In this document: piece by piece, positions 50,977 to 64,000 of the stretch
Layout of the letters: each line of letters starts with the position of its first letter
Numbering within the stretch: position 1 is the first letter of the stretch
DNA from: Kondoa subrosea
Lineage: Eukaryota
DNA length: 64,000 nt
Direction of reading: 5' to 3'
NCBI GenBank assembly: GCA_039545335.1
Contig: BCIN01000001.1
Coordinates: 4,129,347-4,193,346 of the forward strand
Notes under the pieces: generated by a model
What the model was told of the DNA's origin: nothing
Seen by the model: the letters and a program-made list of their open reading frames with translations, nothing else
The model's database searches: none
Made by a program: the position numbers and the translations under genes

Positions 50977-52550
50977 TTACATTTGCTTTACAAAGCTGCT
51001 TACAAATGTCATCAAGATATTTCTCTTCTGGCAAAAGAAGAGCTTACGTAGCATCTATCTGACTGACTTGCGGCAACAGATCAATCAATTTTCTCCTATA
51101 TGTAGTCCCTAACGATTTCTGCAAAGGGTTACCTTCGAGGTAGACCGTTTCTAGATTCTTCAAGCCAGGTAATTGCGAAGCGACTTCAGGTAACGAATCT
51201 AGAAGATTGTTGTTCGCCTGTCAAGCAATCATTCTCACAAAATCAGCTCAGTAGACTTTGAAGTATAGATTCCTGACCCAGAACTCCTCTAATTCGGAAA
51301 GGTGGGAAATGTTTTCCAACTTGTTGATTTTGTTCGCTCCTAGATCAAGCACTCGTAGTTTCTTCTGTCAGATCAGATGGAGATCAAAAGTTATCAGCAC
51401 ATGCTGAGAGCTACTTCCCGTCCGACTGACCAGATTATCTAGACCTGATAGCGATTCAAGCCCGTTATGGCTGAGATAGATCTCTTCCAGATTGGTAAGA
51501 TCGTCCAGATTCTCAATCTTTGTTATTCGATTGCTCTGGATAAGAAGAAGGGCGTAAGATTCTGATCATACGAAAGGAAGAAGCTTTACCTGCAGACTTA
51601 GGATTTTGAGGTTCTTCAAAGTACTCAGATTTTCAAGTTTCGTTATCTTGTTCTTTCCTAACCAAAGTTCCGTCAAATTAACCAGCTTGTCCAGATTCTC
51701 GATCGTCTGTCAAGATGTTCTACAAGTTAGCTAATATCATAGCAAACCGTAGCACCATACTGACCCGGATCTTGTTCCCGCCAAGCTCTAGACTCGTCAA
51801 TGTAGCAGCTAGACCATCTAAATGAGCTATCCTCGATATCTTGTTCTGAATCAAATAAAGTGTAGAGAGGGAAGTTAAAGAATTGAAGAGTTGTTCAGGT
51901 ATATGTTTGATGAGGTTGAAAGAGAAGTCCAGTGTTCTGTATTCTTTTCGATAAGTATGAGTGCTATTACAAGTATGTGAAATGATGTACTTCAGATGAG
52001 ATAAGCCTTGTAGACCTTGGATTCGATCAATCTTGTTATCATAGAAATCAAGATCTTCCAGCAGAGAAAGTTCCTCCAATGGTGCATGAGATGTTTGGCC
52101 ATCTTCTGCTTCCACTAGGAGGGATGAAATGAAATTCTGTCGTAGGCATATTTTCTGTCTTTCCCGTTAGCTCATTGAAGAGGAAAGAGAGTAAGCATAC
52201 CTTCACTGTTGGTGCAAAACGAGACAACTCTAGCCCTTTGAGTGTCTTTATACGAGAATGCGTCAACTCGAGTTCCTACGTAATTTGGTCAGCATGCATG
52301 AAGTCACTCATAGACACATGAGAACAGACATCTGCTGCATCAGGCACATCAGCAAGCAGATCTATCACAGCGCACGCAGCATCAGACAGAGATGCTGGAA
52401 GTAAAGGACTCTATGCAAACCAGATTGCTCTAATTCAGTAGTTTCTTCATTTCCATCTGCCTCTTGCTGCTTGATTCGCTTCTGATCCTCGAAAGCTCTC
52501 TCATCCAGTGTCGGTCCAGCATTGATCTCTTCATCCGACGAGTCTGACAT
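50977..52550 (-). CDS. SDS22: Protein phosphatase 1 regulatory subunit Sds22 (LRR)
   Basis: ELELTHSRI, DLDFYDNKI, LDFSFNLIK, LYLIQNKI, LELGGNKIR, LWLGKNKI, IYLSHNG, VYLEGNPLQ and QIDAT. Confidence 0.92.
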
Positions 52551-52597
52551 TATTTAGCGATTGTTCAAGACGAACCGCCGTGTAGCGCGTTTATACC

Positions 52598-55161
52598 ATG
52601 GCCACACCTCACAGGAGAATACCCAGGACCTCACTGAGTACCCGTGAATCTCATCTGGAGCCTAATTCATCTACCTTGAATCTCTCACCTGTCTTCAGAG
52701 GTTCTAAACGATTTCTCACCTTACGCAAGTCTTCGGCTCCTGAACCTGGTGCTTCACGTAGTAACTATTCTCAGCATCCCAATGTTTCATTTTCCCCTTT
52801 ACCTTCTATACGTCGACCAAATGGTCATGCGAATCCAAATGGAAATGACAGCGAGATGCAAAATCAGGATGAGACTCAGGTAGAAGAAGAAGAGGAGGAA
52901 GAAGAAGAGGAGACGATCATTGATAGGCTCAGATTATCGAGAAACGATGCTATGCAACAACACCTTTATTCGACGGCTAGCTTTTGGGGTAGCAAAGCTT
53001 ATGAAATAACTCGTTTGTTTTCAATCTCTTGCATCAGTGCAATATCAGTCCCTGAAAAGGGTATTCAGGCGACCCAAATGATGCTTTCTGGTTAGCTCAA
53101 ATATATTTCTTAACCCATCAACACGCTCGTGCGGAAAAGATTCTCTCTACACCAAAAGCTGAACCTACTTTCCGTTCAACCAACTCAAAAGGAAAACAAC
53201 CAGAAACGAATGGCTATCATTCTTCTTCAGATCCACCATCTTCTGCTCCTCTTGTTCGCTTAACAGACATTTCTATCGCTTGTCGTTATCTAGCTGCTCA
53301 ATGTATGGTCAGACAAAACAAATGGAGTGAAGCTTTAGATCTATTAGGCGAATCTAATCCTTTCTCAACAACATCAACAAAATCGAAGCAGGATAAATCA
53401 GGTCCAAATACTAAACCTTTTGATGGTGGGATAAAATTCGAAGCTTCCATGTGTCATTTAAGAGGATTGATACATCTTCATATGAATTCTACTCAAAAAG
53501 CAAAAGAATGTTTTCTTGAAGCTTTAAGTTTGGATGTAAAGTGTTATGAAAGTTTCGAAGCTTTGGTTGATGGGAATATGCTTGTTGTGGATGAAGAATG
53601 GGAGTTCATACAAGGGTTGAAATACTCGGAACAACAGAATGAAGAAGATGCAGAGTTCATTAGGATGGCTTATACTGTCAGACTGAAAAAGGTTCGTCCA
53701 ATTGCATACACTAGCTATTACAAGCTTAGCTGTGTTATTTCAATGGACAGTACAAGAATCACAACGAATCTGCGCAATGTCGAAAGAAGCTGATAGATCA
53801 ATATGGCCTTTCAGAAGATCCAGATGTACTATTTGGACTAGCAGACGAACTCTTTACCGGTCTAAGATGGAAAGACTGCTACGCTATCACTTCTTCTATT
53901 CTCACTCTACACGAAGGTCATGCTCCAACCTTACCTATACACCTCGCTTGCATGTATCAATTACCTTCACTTCATTCTGGGTTATTTCTTCTTGCGCATG
54001 AACTGGTAGAGCGAGCACCGGATATGGCTATAAGTTGGTACGCTGTTGGTCTGTGGTATTACGCAAGTAAACGTTGGGACGAATCGCGGCGTTATTTCGG
54101 GTGCGGGATATCTGCCTATTTGCTGTGGATCAGCTAAGAGGCCAAAATTGCACAGGAAAGCAGTACTACTTGATCCTAGATTTGGACCAGCTTGGGTAGC
54201 TTTTGCTCATGCTTACGCGCTCGAAGGCGAACATGAACAATCAATCACAGCCTATTCTACCGCCCAAAGGCATTTTCAAGGGTGAGCTTCAGCTTTGATC
54301 AGGTCACGGCGTCATTTGATGGATGAAACAGAACACATCTTCCATTGCTCTTCATTGGAATGCAACACCTTCAGCTAAACAATTACGCCATTTCTCGAGA
54401 ACACCTGAATGCTGCTTGGGCAATGTGTCAGGTCGATCCTTTGTTGGCAAATGAGATGGGTGTAGCAGCTTATTGGGCTGAAGAGTGAGTCCGCATGAGA
54501 TTCAGCAGCATGAGTAGTTAATTTTCTGTTGCTGACTGACAGACATGAAGACGCGATCAAGTATTTCAGGATAGCTCTTGATCTGGTGCAGAATATACAA
54601 GGTTCCAAATCTTCTTGGACGAATACGTACATCAATCTGGGTCATGCTTTACGCAAAACACAGTTGGTTCAGTCTCCTTTCATCGCCTGCAATGCACTAA
54701 TTTGTCCATGATAGTAAATGGGAAGAGGCTCAAGAAGCTTTCGAAACAGCAATCGACCTCAATCCGGAAGCTGCAGCGGCACATTTAGGCTTAGGCTATG
54801 TTCTGAGCGCATCCGGTCAGAGAGAAGCCGCTATCGAGCGAATACATGAAGTAGGTCTGTTCCTGCGTCGTCAATGCTGAAGGCTGATCTCTGGTAGGGC
54901 CTTTCTCGTTCACCTGCCGATCCACTGGGCGCCGAACTCCTTCGAACAGCAATAGAAGATTCAGCTTCGCATATTAGATATTCAGCTGCAGGCGGCACGA
55001 TGTCTTTCCCAGGTCTGAATCCCGAAATAGCAGCTGCTTTCGACAGAGAAGCGGCTGAAGAAGATCTAGCAGCTATGGCTATTGGGACATCTTTAGGCAG
55101 ACAAGGGGAATTAAGCATGTCTTTGGAGCAGAGCGAAGACATATCAATGGATTTCGCTTGA
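52598..55161 (+). CDS. CDC16: APC/C TPR subunit Cdc16/Cut9 (APC6)
   Basis: DAMQQHLYSTASFWGSK, DAFWLAQ, DGGIKFEASMCHLRG, EALSLDVKCYESF, ISWYAVG, FGPAWVAFAHAYALEGEHEQ and NLGHALRK. Confidence 0.93.
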
Positions 55162-55513
55162 ACGCGTGCAAATGCTTTGTAGTAGCCTTGAGCTGGCTCT
55201 CAGTGCGATTTTAGTGGCCTGGGCGCGCTTTCCGGGTGCATAAGTCGCGTAATTTGGCATTCCAAGTTCTGAACTGCGACATCTGTTTGTCTGCTCTGTT
55301 CTACCAAGTATCTGCAATTTCTCACTTACTCATCAACGACCATTACTGATAGGTCTATTGTCATCTTCTTTGCTTGCTTTAGGACAGCGCTCGTTCCCAC
55401 TCTTTTGGCTGCATCCTCGCGTGGCTCGGGTCTGCGAGATGCTCGGCCCTCTATCTAGCCTGCTCCAAACAATGTGCTCTTGACCTTGTCCCACCTAGGT
55501 TTGTATGTTCGTC

Positions 55514-57621
55514 ATGCTGTCTGCTCGAGTTTCCCGCTTCCCCTCTGTTTCGGTGCGAAGTGCTGTCAAGACACTTGCTGCACGCTCTCTTTTCCGCCGT
55601 AACATCTCGGCTACTGGCTCTCAATATGATAGCCTTATGGGATTCAATAAACTGAACAAGATTCCAGATTGGAGGAATAAGCAAGTCAGCATGAAGGCAT
55701 TGCGTATGCGCAAACAATCTGCTCTAGCAAATTTCTTGTTCGCTTAAATACATGCTCTTTCATTGCAATAGTTGAAGACTTCCGCAATCTTCAAAGTCTG
55801 GAAACAGCTGTTGCAAGTGGTAGCAGCAAACAGAGCGTCGCTAGTCTTGAGTATAGAGTGAGTATATCGACTGGACGTCGTGCGCTGAGATATTGACTAG
55901 CTTGTCCTCAGAATGCCGAAAGGCAGATCTACCAATTGGGCATTGGACAAGGCGCAGAAGATTCTGTTCCGTAAGCATAATACTTTACAACATACAGAGT
56001 AGTATTGATCCCTGCCATTAGATTAAAGGCACTAGCAGATATACTTCCACCCGACAATTCACTCACCTGGCGAACGATCCGCGAAAGAGCTTTCGAAAAG
56101 GCAGTTCAGCGTCTTGAAGGCTTAGACAAGCATACTCGTAGCGTAGTCGAGTTCAAGTAAGTCAGCTCTGTTTAAATTGTATATCGATGTGATCGAGTGT
56201 GCAGTCGATGCTATGCAATTGGTCCAACTTATGCTGAGAAATTCGCTAATGCTGGAGCAAATACAAAGAAGGACCTTTTAGCTGAGATGGAGATGCCAGA
56301 AGACAAGCGCAGGTTCAAGCTGACCAAAGCACAAGTACTCGGAGTTACGTATGCTGTACGTCGCTTCCTGACGTTTCATATCTCCGACGGACCAATAATA
56401 CAGGAAGACATCGAGAAACTAATCCCTCGAGCGTAAGCCAGATCATTTGCTCTGCTGGATTCGACTCATACTTGCTCTTCAGTGAAAGTGACAAATGGCG
56501 TGATGTTCTTCTCAAAGCTGCTAAAGATGCAGATTCCAAGTTTGAAGGCGAGATCCTTGGTTCTTACCGTCGAGGCAACGCTGTAGCTTCCGGTCAGCAA
56601 TATTCTTCTCGTATTTTGCAATTACTGACTGTGTCCGCCAGATGTGGACTTGATCGTCAGACATCCTGACTTGAAACGTATTTCACTTTTAGTAATGCGC
56701 TTCTGTGTTATCACTCATACTAAACATGAACAGGCGCAACATCAGACGAAGAATTCAGGGAGAAGATGATCCAGATTGTAACTGAGATGGAGAAGAAATG
56801 TGAAGTTCTTGGCGTTCTAGCTGATGGCAAGAAAGTTTTCAGAGGTATACATCGGCGGCAAGTTCACTCATACTAGCTGACCTCATCTGTCATCAGCTTT
56901 GGTCAGATTCCGCAACGATAAGAGCGCTGTTGCCCGTCGTTTGGACATCAGTATTGCTCCAGCTGAAACTTACTACTATAAGCTGCTTGTACGTTGTCTT
57001 TGTCTGTTTGTGTTTGTTCTGACAGACTTGTCAGGGTTCTTCTGGAGATGATGTATGTCATCGATCCAGCTTCGGCGGAACACTATTGACAAAGAACTAT
57101 TGCAGCGTCTAATGAAGATCATGCGTGAAAGAGCCAAAGACCTTGGGTCAGTCTTTCCTCTAATTTTCATATCCTATTACTTATTCCTCATCCACAGCCT
57201 ATTCCTCAACGAAGAAGGACTCGGCAAACGAATTCCTGGTAAAGGTACAGCTTTCATCTTTGATCCTGAAGATTTTCGTCCTGTCAGTTCTGAGAAGTAA
57301 GCAATCGTTACTTAATCTTTCGTTGAAATGAAATGATGAAGGTGCAGGGAAATCTTTGCTATGTAAGCAAGCTGCGAATAAAGTATACGTGAGCTCGAAG
57401 CTGATCCTCAATCTCTGCAGCTTGAAGATGCCTTATGTGAGCATCCTGCTAAAAGAAGAGCTGATGCAAGCCTGATCCGAGTGTACAGCTGGCTCCTACT
57501 GAGAGAAAGTGAGTTTTGTCAGAGGCAATACAAATAGTCCGAGCTGATTCCTTGATTCAGCTATCGTGATTATTCGAAGAAGGTTAATTTCAAAAAGGTG
57601 TACGAAGAAGTTAAAGCCTAG
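55514..57621 (+). CDS. Family X DNA polymerase (Pol beta/lambda-like), no BRCT domain, many introns
   Basis: CYAIGPTYAEKF (HhH), LTKAQVLGVTY, EDIEKLIPR, ILGSYRRGNAVAS|DVDLIV (two catalytic Asp), RRLDI (third Asp), MRERAKDLG|LFLNEEGL and LAPTER. Confidence 0.85.
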
Positions 57622-59491
57622 TAGTGTTTGTGTTGTCGCGTACTCTTGTAATATCCTGTATTGTGCACCCTTCCTTGCCAATCGACCAATATATTTCCAC
57701 ACGAAATTGCAGTCTTGGCCCGATAATCAAGTTGATAAAGCCATGGAGTAAAGATCAGATAATGTGACTATAGCTGTCTCATAGAAACAGCGATACAAAT
57801 GCTATCAAAAGGAGAAGGGATTCGTAAAGAGTTTAGGAGCATCACTCGAATTCGATGGGTATAGTATCCAGGTACGTATACAACACAAAGCAGAAGACAA
57901 CCTCGAGGTACGGTCCAAGCTCGCAAGGTCGACACACGGAAGAGCAAGATCTGGGTATGAGACAAGCAAGATCTGGGTATATGAGAAGTGTGTTTGCGAA
58001 GTTGACGTCGGATTATCGAAAGGAAGTAGAGCCAAAGTTTCCAAAGAACATACAGATGCCGATGCATTGCACACCAAACTCTTGCTGTTCCACGTTCACC
58101 AATCTATCGCCCTTTGTATCATTTTTTGAAGTATTATAATTTCGTCCTATCGCTTGCATATCCATCCTTTTCATGATATTCAATTGAGAAGCCGAGATTA
58201 GTGTATGATTGAGAGATAGAATCGATGATTGAGAAAGCGAGAGCTGGGTGCAGATGCCAGAGAATCGAAAAGTGATGCGATGGAAAAGGTTATCTCAGAC
58301 GACTGTGATTCATGCCACCAGGCTCAGCATCGTATTGAGCAAGCCTAGCGTCTCTTCACTCACCGAGCTTCACGTTCTCCTTCGAGCAAAGCCAAAATAT
58401 CATCCTCCTTCACTGGTCCTTTCACATTTCTAATAATTGTTCTGCTCTGGTCATCCATGAATTCAACTCGGACTTGAGTAACACCTCCACGAGATCCAGT
58501 TCGGCCTAAGATCTTGATGACTAGAGCGGGTCTTGAAGTGAGCTGTGTTTAAAGAATCTGTTAAATTGGGAGAAATTTACCTTTCGCAAGTTTGACTGGG
58601 GCTTTTGAGGAATCCATGCTGTATTGTAATTGAAGATCAGCTGCTACTCAGGGCGTGTGCACAGGGAAAGGGCGTACGTTTCTTGGGCTGTTCAAGACTT
58701 GGGAGAAATCCTCTGCAGCAAGCATCGGGCCGGCACATCCGGTCCCAGTATGTTCTTCGCGAAAGGCTCTTCTCTCTCTTTTCTCTTAAGACCAAAGTTC
58801 GCAATCTCCCTACAGGCACCTACCAGCGTACTGAGTCTTTCTCACTCTTTGCAGCTTCGTCAGGATCATTTTATATGTAACTTTCGTATTTGTCTTGACA
58901 GTGAGTTCTTCCTCCTCGCGCTCATACTCCTACACTGGGCTGACCAATTCGCTTCACAGACTCAACGTTGCCATATCCTAAGCGTCTCAAGATGATATAT
59001 ACGACTGCCATCTTTACCAGCGAGAACTTTATGCTTTTCCCATGATGTTGCGCAAGCACACTCTATGGTAGAGCCTCGATGACCTGGCCTCGTTTCTTTG
59101 CCTTGTTGTTTTTGCTTCTTTTGAAGCGAAAACCTTGCCCATGGCCTGACAATGTCTGCTGAAGAAGTTTTTATCTTCGGATAGCCTTGTTCAGTTCAGC
59201 GTTGACGGTTTGCGAAGACGATGGTCTGATGGTAGTTGAATCTGAAGGCGTCCTTTCACAATTAAAGATCTTGTAATCTAGGGATGTGTAGCTTCATGTC
59301 GATGCAATAATATCAAGGTTCCCCTTGCTTGCACACCGCTTCGATGTCCTTTCTTGCTTTATCTGTGTTGGCTGTCTGTGTCGTGCTGTTCTTTCGCTTA
59401 TCTATGCGAAAGAAGCACGATTTGAAACTCCCTGTGATCTTTCGTCCATCGACTAGCCTTTCGATCAGCTTCTAAGATCTATTGCAAAGCT

Positions 59492-61246
59492 CTATATTTG
59501 TAAATCTCTTCTTGTCTGCACCTGATGCGTCCGCATGTACTCTTTGACATCCTGCAAAGGCACTTCTTTCCGATGGAAGATACCCGCTGCTAATGCTGCT
59601 TCGACGTCTGTTCTCATAAACACCTCTTCGAAGTCTTGGGGTTTTCCTGCTCCCGAACTTGCTATGACCGGTATCGATACTGATGATTTGACCAGTTGCA
59701 CCAAGCGAAGGTCGAAACCAGCTTTTGACCCATCTCTATCCACTGAGTTGAGAAGTATTTCGCCTGCTCCTAGAGCTTCTACTCCTTGACAGAGTTGAAC
59801 TACATCCATATCCCTGACTTCTCTTCCCCCGCTGACTGTACATTGATACCAGCAGAATCGTTCGCCATTCGGACCTTCTTCTTTCTTGCCTAGATCGTTG
59901 GCCAGATCCACCACGCAAGCTTGATGTTTCGCATCGACTTCCTCTTTTGTTTTCGCGTACACTCTTTTCGGATCAACAGAAACGACTACCGCTTGATTCC
60001 CATATCGATCAGCAATCATTTCAATCCCAGTCTTGCCCGACATCTTCCCGCCATTGGCTAACATTTCTTCTACTGCAAAAACAGCATCACTTCCAATAGA
60101 CACTTTATCCGCTCCAGCTCTGAAATAAGCACTTGCGACTTCCAAAGCTGAATGTTTCGTTCCATCCGGATCAACAGTATCTTTGATCCCACCACCAATA
60201 GTAAGAGGAACGAAAACAGTTTCAGCAGATTTTGCAACAACTTCCAACATGGGTTGATCTTGTAAAGCAGAAGAACGAAAAGAAGTAATGTTAAGGAAAG
60301 CGATTTCATCTGCTCCTTCTGAGTAATACCTTTTTGCTAAATCTACTGGTTTGCCTAAATTTCTTACTGCTCCTGATGTTGAAGTTTCTCGAACATCGTA
60401 TTGATCGCCTTTGGTCACTACTAGATCTCCAGCATCGTTTGTTCTAACATCCAAACATGCGACCACGCGTTTTGTTAGACCATTGGCTTTGAGTTGATTG
60501 CGACGAGAAGAGATAGGAATTGAATGAGTAAGAATTTCTGAAATGACGCCTGTTTGGGATAGCCAAGCATGTAAAACGTTGAGACCTGCTTGACCTGATT
60601 TCTCTGGGTGAAATTGAGTAGCAAAGACGTTTCCCTTTTGTATACTTGATATAAAAGTCTCATCTCCGTATTCTGTTGCAGTCAAAGTCCATTCCGCTAG
60701 AGATTCGTCGAAAGGGATTTGATAAGAATGAACGAAATAGTATGAAGTGCCATCCATAAAACCATAACGAACAGCTTCATCTATTTCACTTGATTCGCCA
60801 GAAGCTTTCAAAGGTATAGCACCATTCCAACCAATATGAGGAACGGATTTGGATTTTGTGCTGAACTTCTTGCATTTGACTGGTATGATGCCTAGACCTG
60901 GTTCATCTGATTCTTCGGAACCTTCGCAAAGCGTTTGAATACCAATGCAAATGCCCATGTAAGGTTTGCCTGATGCAATGTATCGTTTTAAAGGTTGCGC
61001 ATAGCCTTTATCTCGAAGTGCTTTCATTGCAGATCCAAAGGCGCCTACACCAGGGAAGATGATCTTCTACAAAACGAGACCTAGCAGACTCAGAACAAGG
61101 AATACAAAGAGTCATAGCAGGAAGCGAACATCAGCTTGCTCTATGTCTTCTGGTTTCTCTACATATTTGAATTCGAAGCCCAGCTTAGTGATCGTATTAG
61201 CCAAAGAGCGAATGTTGCCGGCGCCATAGTCCAGCAAATAGAGCAT
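59492..61246 (-). CDS. HIS7: Imidazole glycerol phosphate synthase, HisH-HisF fusion
   Basis: LLDYGAGNIRSL|IIFPGVGAFG, GICIG, QFHPEKSG, GLTKRVVACLDV, GADKVSIGSDAV and AALAAGIFHR. Confidence 0.97.
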
Positions 61247-61416
61247 TGTAGCAATGACAGATTATTATATGCCGACTTTAAGTCTCAATTCCCCCAGAAT
61301 AAGACTGCTCTTTTATACCGAGTGGTAGATGACTAGATATAGAGGAATCAAGGTATAAGGCTCGCTCTGGTAATGACTTCGCAGCTTTTTGGTACTGGAT
61401 GTTGTATGTCAAGAGC

Positions 61417-61423
61417 GAGTCAT
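61417..61423 (-). promoter_or_regulatory. Possible Gcn4/Cpc1 (cross-pathway control) site upstream of HIS7
   Basis: ATGACTC on the minus strand ~170 bp upstream of the HIS7 ATG. Short motif that could be chance. Confidence 0.3.
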
Positions 61424-61690
61424 CGAATTCGCAAGTTCACTAGAGCGCAGCGGTTGTGACTAGTGACAATCTAGTACTCCCACGACAACAGACTGCTTTG
61501 CGAACATATGACTGAATTATGACGCGAATCTGCACAACGCAAGTCTATGATGATGAAGTTCAAGAAAATGTCTAGATTGGAAAGAGGCGAGTACAAAGAT
61601 CTACAAGGCCGTATCTGCCACGAAGAAGTAATCAGCAATAGGCATTACACATTATAGCTTTGACTCACCGAAAGAAGCGAAGAAGAATGT

Positions 61691-63611
61691 TTAACTCCAA
61701 ATCACATAAGGATAGCAATCGCATCCGGACCAAGTGTCCGCAGATCCTTGCGAGCAGACTCTTCTACCAGGCTGCCTACAAGAGCTACCCTTTGAAGCAC
61801 AGTCGCGCAACTGCGTTCCGCAAGTATTATCTCGATCCATATTAACGCATTGAGAGCCTTGCGCAGTTTGACCCTATTAGGCATCGTTAGTGGATTGCTC
61901 ATATCTCAAGAATTCTTGAAGGCATACCGCTTGTGTACAGACTGTGGCCTTGGGATTGCAATGACCACCTACCGAGAGAGAGATAAGCCAAAGTTTTGAA
62001 GCTGAGAGAAAAGCATGGACATACTTTGCGCGTCGTAGTCGAAGCCATCATTACAAGTAGCAGAGCAGATACAGTTCAATCGAGCCTTCTTGTCTGTCAA
62101 TTCCGAGCAGATCTGTTTTGTGTCCGCTGCAATACAAAGTACATCCTCAACGTTGTCCAATTTCTGGCAAGGAGTTTCACTTCTGCCACAAGTATCGATA
62201 GAGCTAGCATCAACGCAACTAGGATCTGAACTTGATTTGGGTCGATAGCCAGAATTCTAGACAAGCTGTTGGTATAATAGAGAGCAACTGTCGGAGAACT
62301 CACCTCGTCACAGACCTGCAGATTTCCGTTAGATGGATTCAAGTCCTGATATGGAATCCTTGACTTACGCATTGATTCTGGTTATTTGGGACCGAATGCT
62401 CAGGACAAGTCTTGACGCAAGGACTATCAGAGCGAGTAGGATCTTGTCTAGCAAAGCCATCTTTGCATTTCTTGCTGCAGACACAACTATCTCTCTGGCT
62501 TGCATCAGTCAGGCTTGAACAGTCGCCGTTCAGATCTGTAGAGGTAGCACATGTTGCGTCTGCGTTGGTATCGATTGTGGTACAGGCTGTATGATCTTGA
62601 CCACAGAAATCAGAGGTAGTGATGTCTCTGCATTTCGTGCCATCGTAAGCTTGACCCTTGTGCAAGACCTTAGCCAAATGCAAAAGCTGGATCGTCATTG
62701 ACTCACGTCGTTACATTGCCTTGGATCTGGCGCAACGGTAAGTACTTTAGCGGGACATTGCTGCTTGATTTGCGCGTCTGTCGTTTTAGTGGCCCACTGA
62801 GAACAGGGTTTCCCGATTTGATCTTGTGTTACGCTAGCGTTCTCCCAATCGATTAGAATCATGTTCACTGAGTCATCTGAGCCAGCGGCTGCTCTCAATT
62901 TGGCCATGGCAGCTTTAGAAAGATTGAGATCTGTTGGTCCGTAATTTGGATCGGTGAACTGGTCACAATTAGCTTACAGATGTTGGCAAATCAGATTGAC
63001 CTACAGCATCAGCAACAGATAACTGTATAAGCAATTAGCAGTGCTCCATTAGCGTTCTATGGCGGCTGCATAAACGCACTGTTAATATTGCATTTGCTTG
63101 TCCTTTCAAGTAAATAGTGACATATGCACCACACCACCTAATACAGCATCACTCAATTCGGCCAACCCATCTGCAAAGGAAAGATTACTCACTCTGTTGA
63201 AATCTCCACGGAGCTCCGAATCAGATCATCCAGAAGCAATCCTAGAACTTACTTGGTCCACCGAAGTAGGGGGAGTGAGACTACGGCCGGGCGCAGTCCA
63301 TAGCGATGCAGCTATACCAACCCCTGAAGAAAGGTCAGCGAAAGGAAACAGCAGGAAGTTTTCTTTACCTACATAAAGCGTCCTCGGAATTGAAGCATCC
63401 GCATTTGCCAACTCTGTGATGAAGGTATATGCAATATGAGCATGATTGACGACGTGTCAAGGAGAGCTTACGAATTGCAATCCGTCGTGGTCCAGATTGC
63501 TTTTCCCGTATTTCTTGCAGCCGCTTGCCGAGGCTCAAAAGCTGATTTAGCGAGAGTAGTGCTGACGAGTAGCAAGAAGTAAAGATTGTAAGATACCATA
63601 TTGGTAAGCAT
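61691..63611 (-). CDS. Secreted cysteine-rich protein, multi-exon
   Basis: Signal peptide MLTNMVSYNLYFLLLVSTTLA. Cys-rich exons such as CRDITTSDFCGQDHTAC, CVCSKKCKDG and QCVNMDRDNTCGTQLRDC. Stop at 61691. Confidence 0.65.
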
Positions 63612-64000
63612 GGTAAGAAGAGTCACGATACAGAGCTTCAGAAGAGTTAGATCTTAAACAAAGGGAAATGGTAGGCTTCAAGCTAAACTCCCATCAAGAA
63701 GAAGCAGAAGAATAGAGTCCGAACAGCCAGCACAGTTGCATCTTCGAACCTCCAGACAGATACTTTACCAAGGTGAAATCGAAACCGTCGGAGTAAGTTC
63801 TGATGCGAGTTGATGCGAGTCCAGTAATCATCGTCAGTGAAGAATACCACAGCAGAAAGATCATATTAAGACAGCAGCGGAGCAAAGCAGAGCAGCTAAC
63901 CGCCAGATTGGTCGTCCCAAGAGAAGAAGACGTCGAAATAATGGTCTTCTAGCAAGAGCCATGGCATATGGAGCTCCATGGAGATGTGCCTCCAGTTGGC

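Noticed and set aside
57700..59400. Gene or element between PolX and HIS7, including a 16-bp direct repeat at 57943/57965
   Set aside because: Only short stop-interrupted ORFs, with no motif or consistent splice model. The repeat looks like a local slippage duplication.
61661..61667. Perfect TGACTCA Gcn4 site for HIS7
   Set aside because: It coincides with a GTGAGTCA splice-donor-like sequence on the minus strand just past the neighbouring gene's stop, so it cannot be assigned.

Overview
Gene-dense, intron-rich eukaryotic DNA of moderate GC. Introns are mostly about 45-70 nt, GT-AG, with CTGAC/CTAAC-type branch points. It is most likely a compact basidiomycete yeast-like fungus (inference from protein families and intron style). 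About 28 genes can be reconstructed by hand. Conserved ones include TSC2, a velvet factor, SHO1, an Rds1-type ferritin-like protein, an F-box/JmjC protein, a Rad5/16-type SNF2-RING helicase, MRX11, CMC4, MAK11, VMA9, a DUF1996 protein, an F-BAR/DEP/RhoGAP, a C3HC zinc-finger protein, an MDR oxidoreductase, SDS22, CDC16, a family X DNA polymerase and HIS7. The main unusual items are: (1) an orphan gene at 24703-27173 with 21 exons, 19 of 20 introns in phase 1 and a run of 12 consecutive frame-symmetric exons as short as 9 nt; (2) a ~1.25-kb inverted duplication (13320-14570 vs 22672-23940) carrying a CMC4 pseudogene and bracketing three genes, plus further copies of a degenerate repeat; (3) a lineage-specific island at 41.7-50 kb with three F-box-like genes, a stand-alone Mini-III-like RNase III and a Crinkler-header-like/LRR-like protein; (4) a BRCT-less PolX with a mitochondrial-type presequence; (5) extremely short intergenic spacers (22-51 bp). 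All exon models were made by eye and no database search was run.
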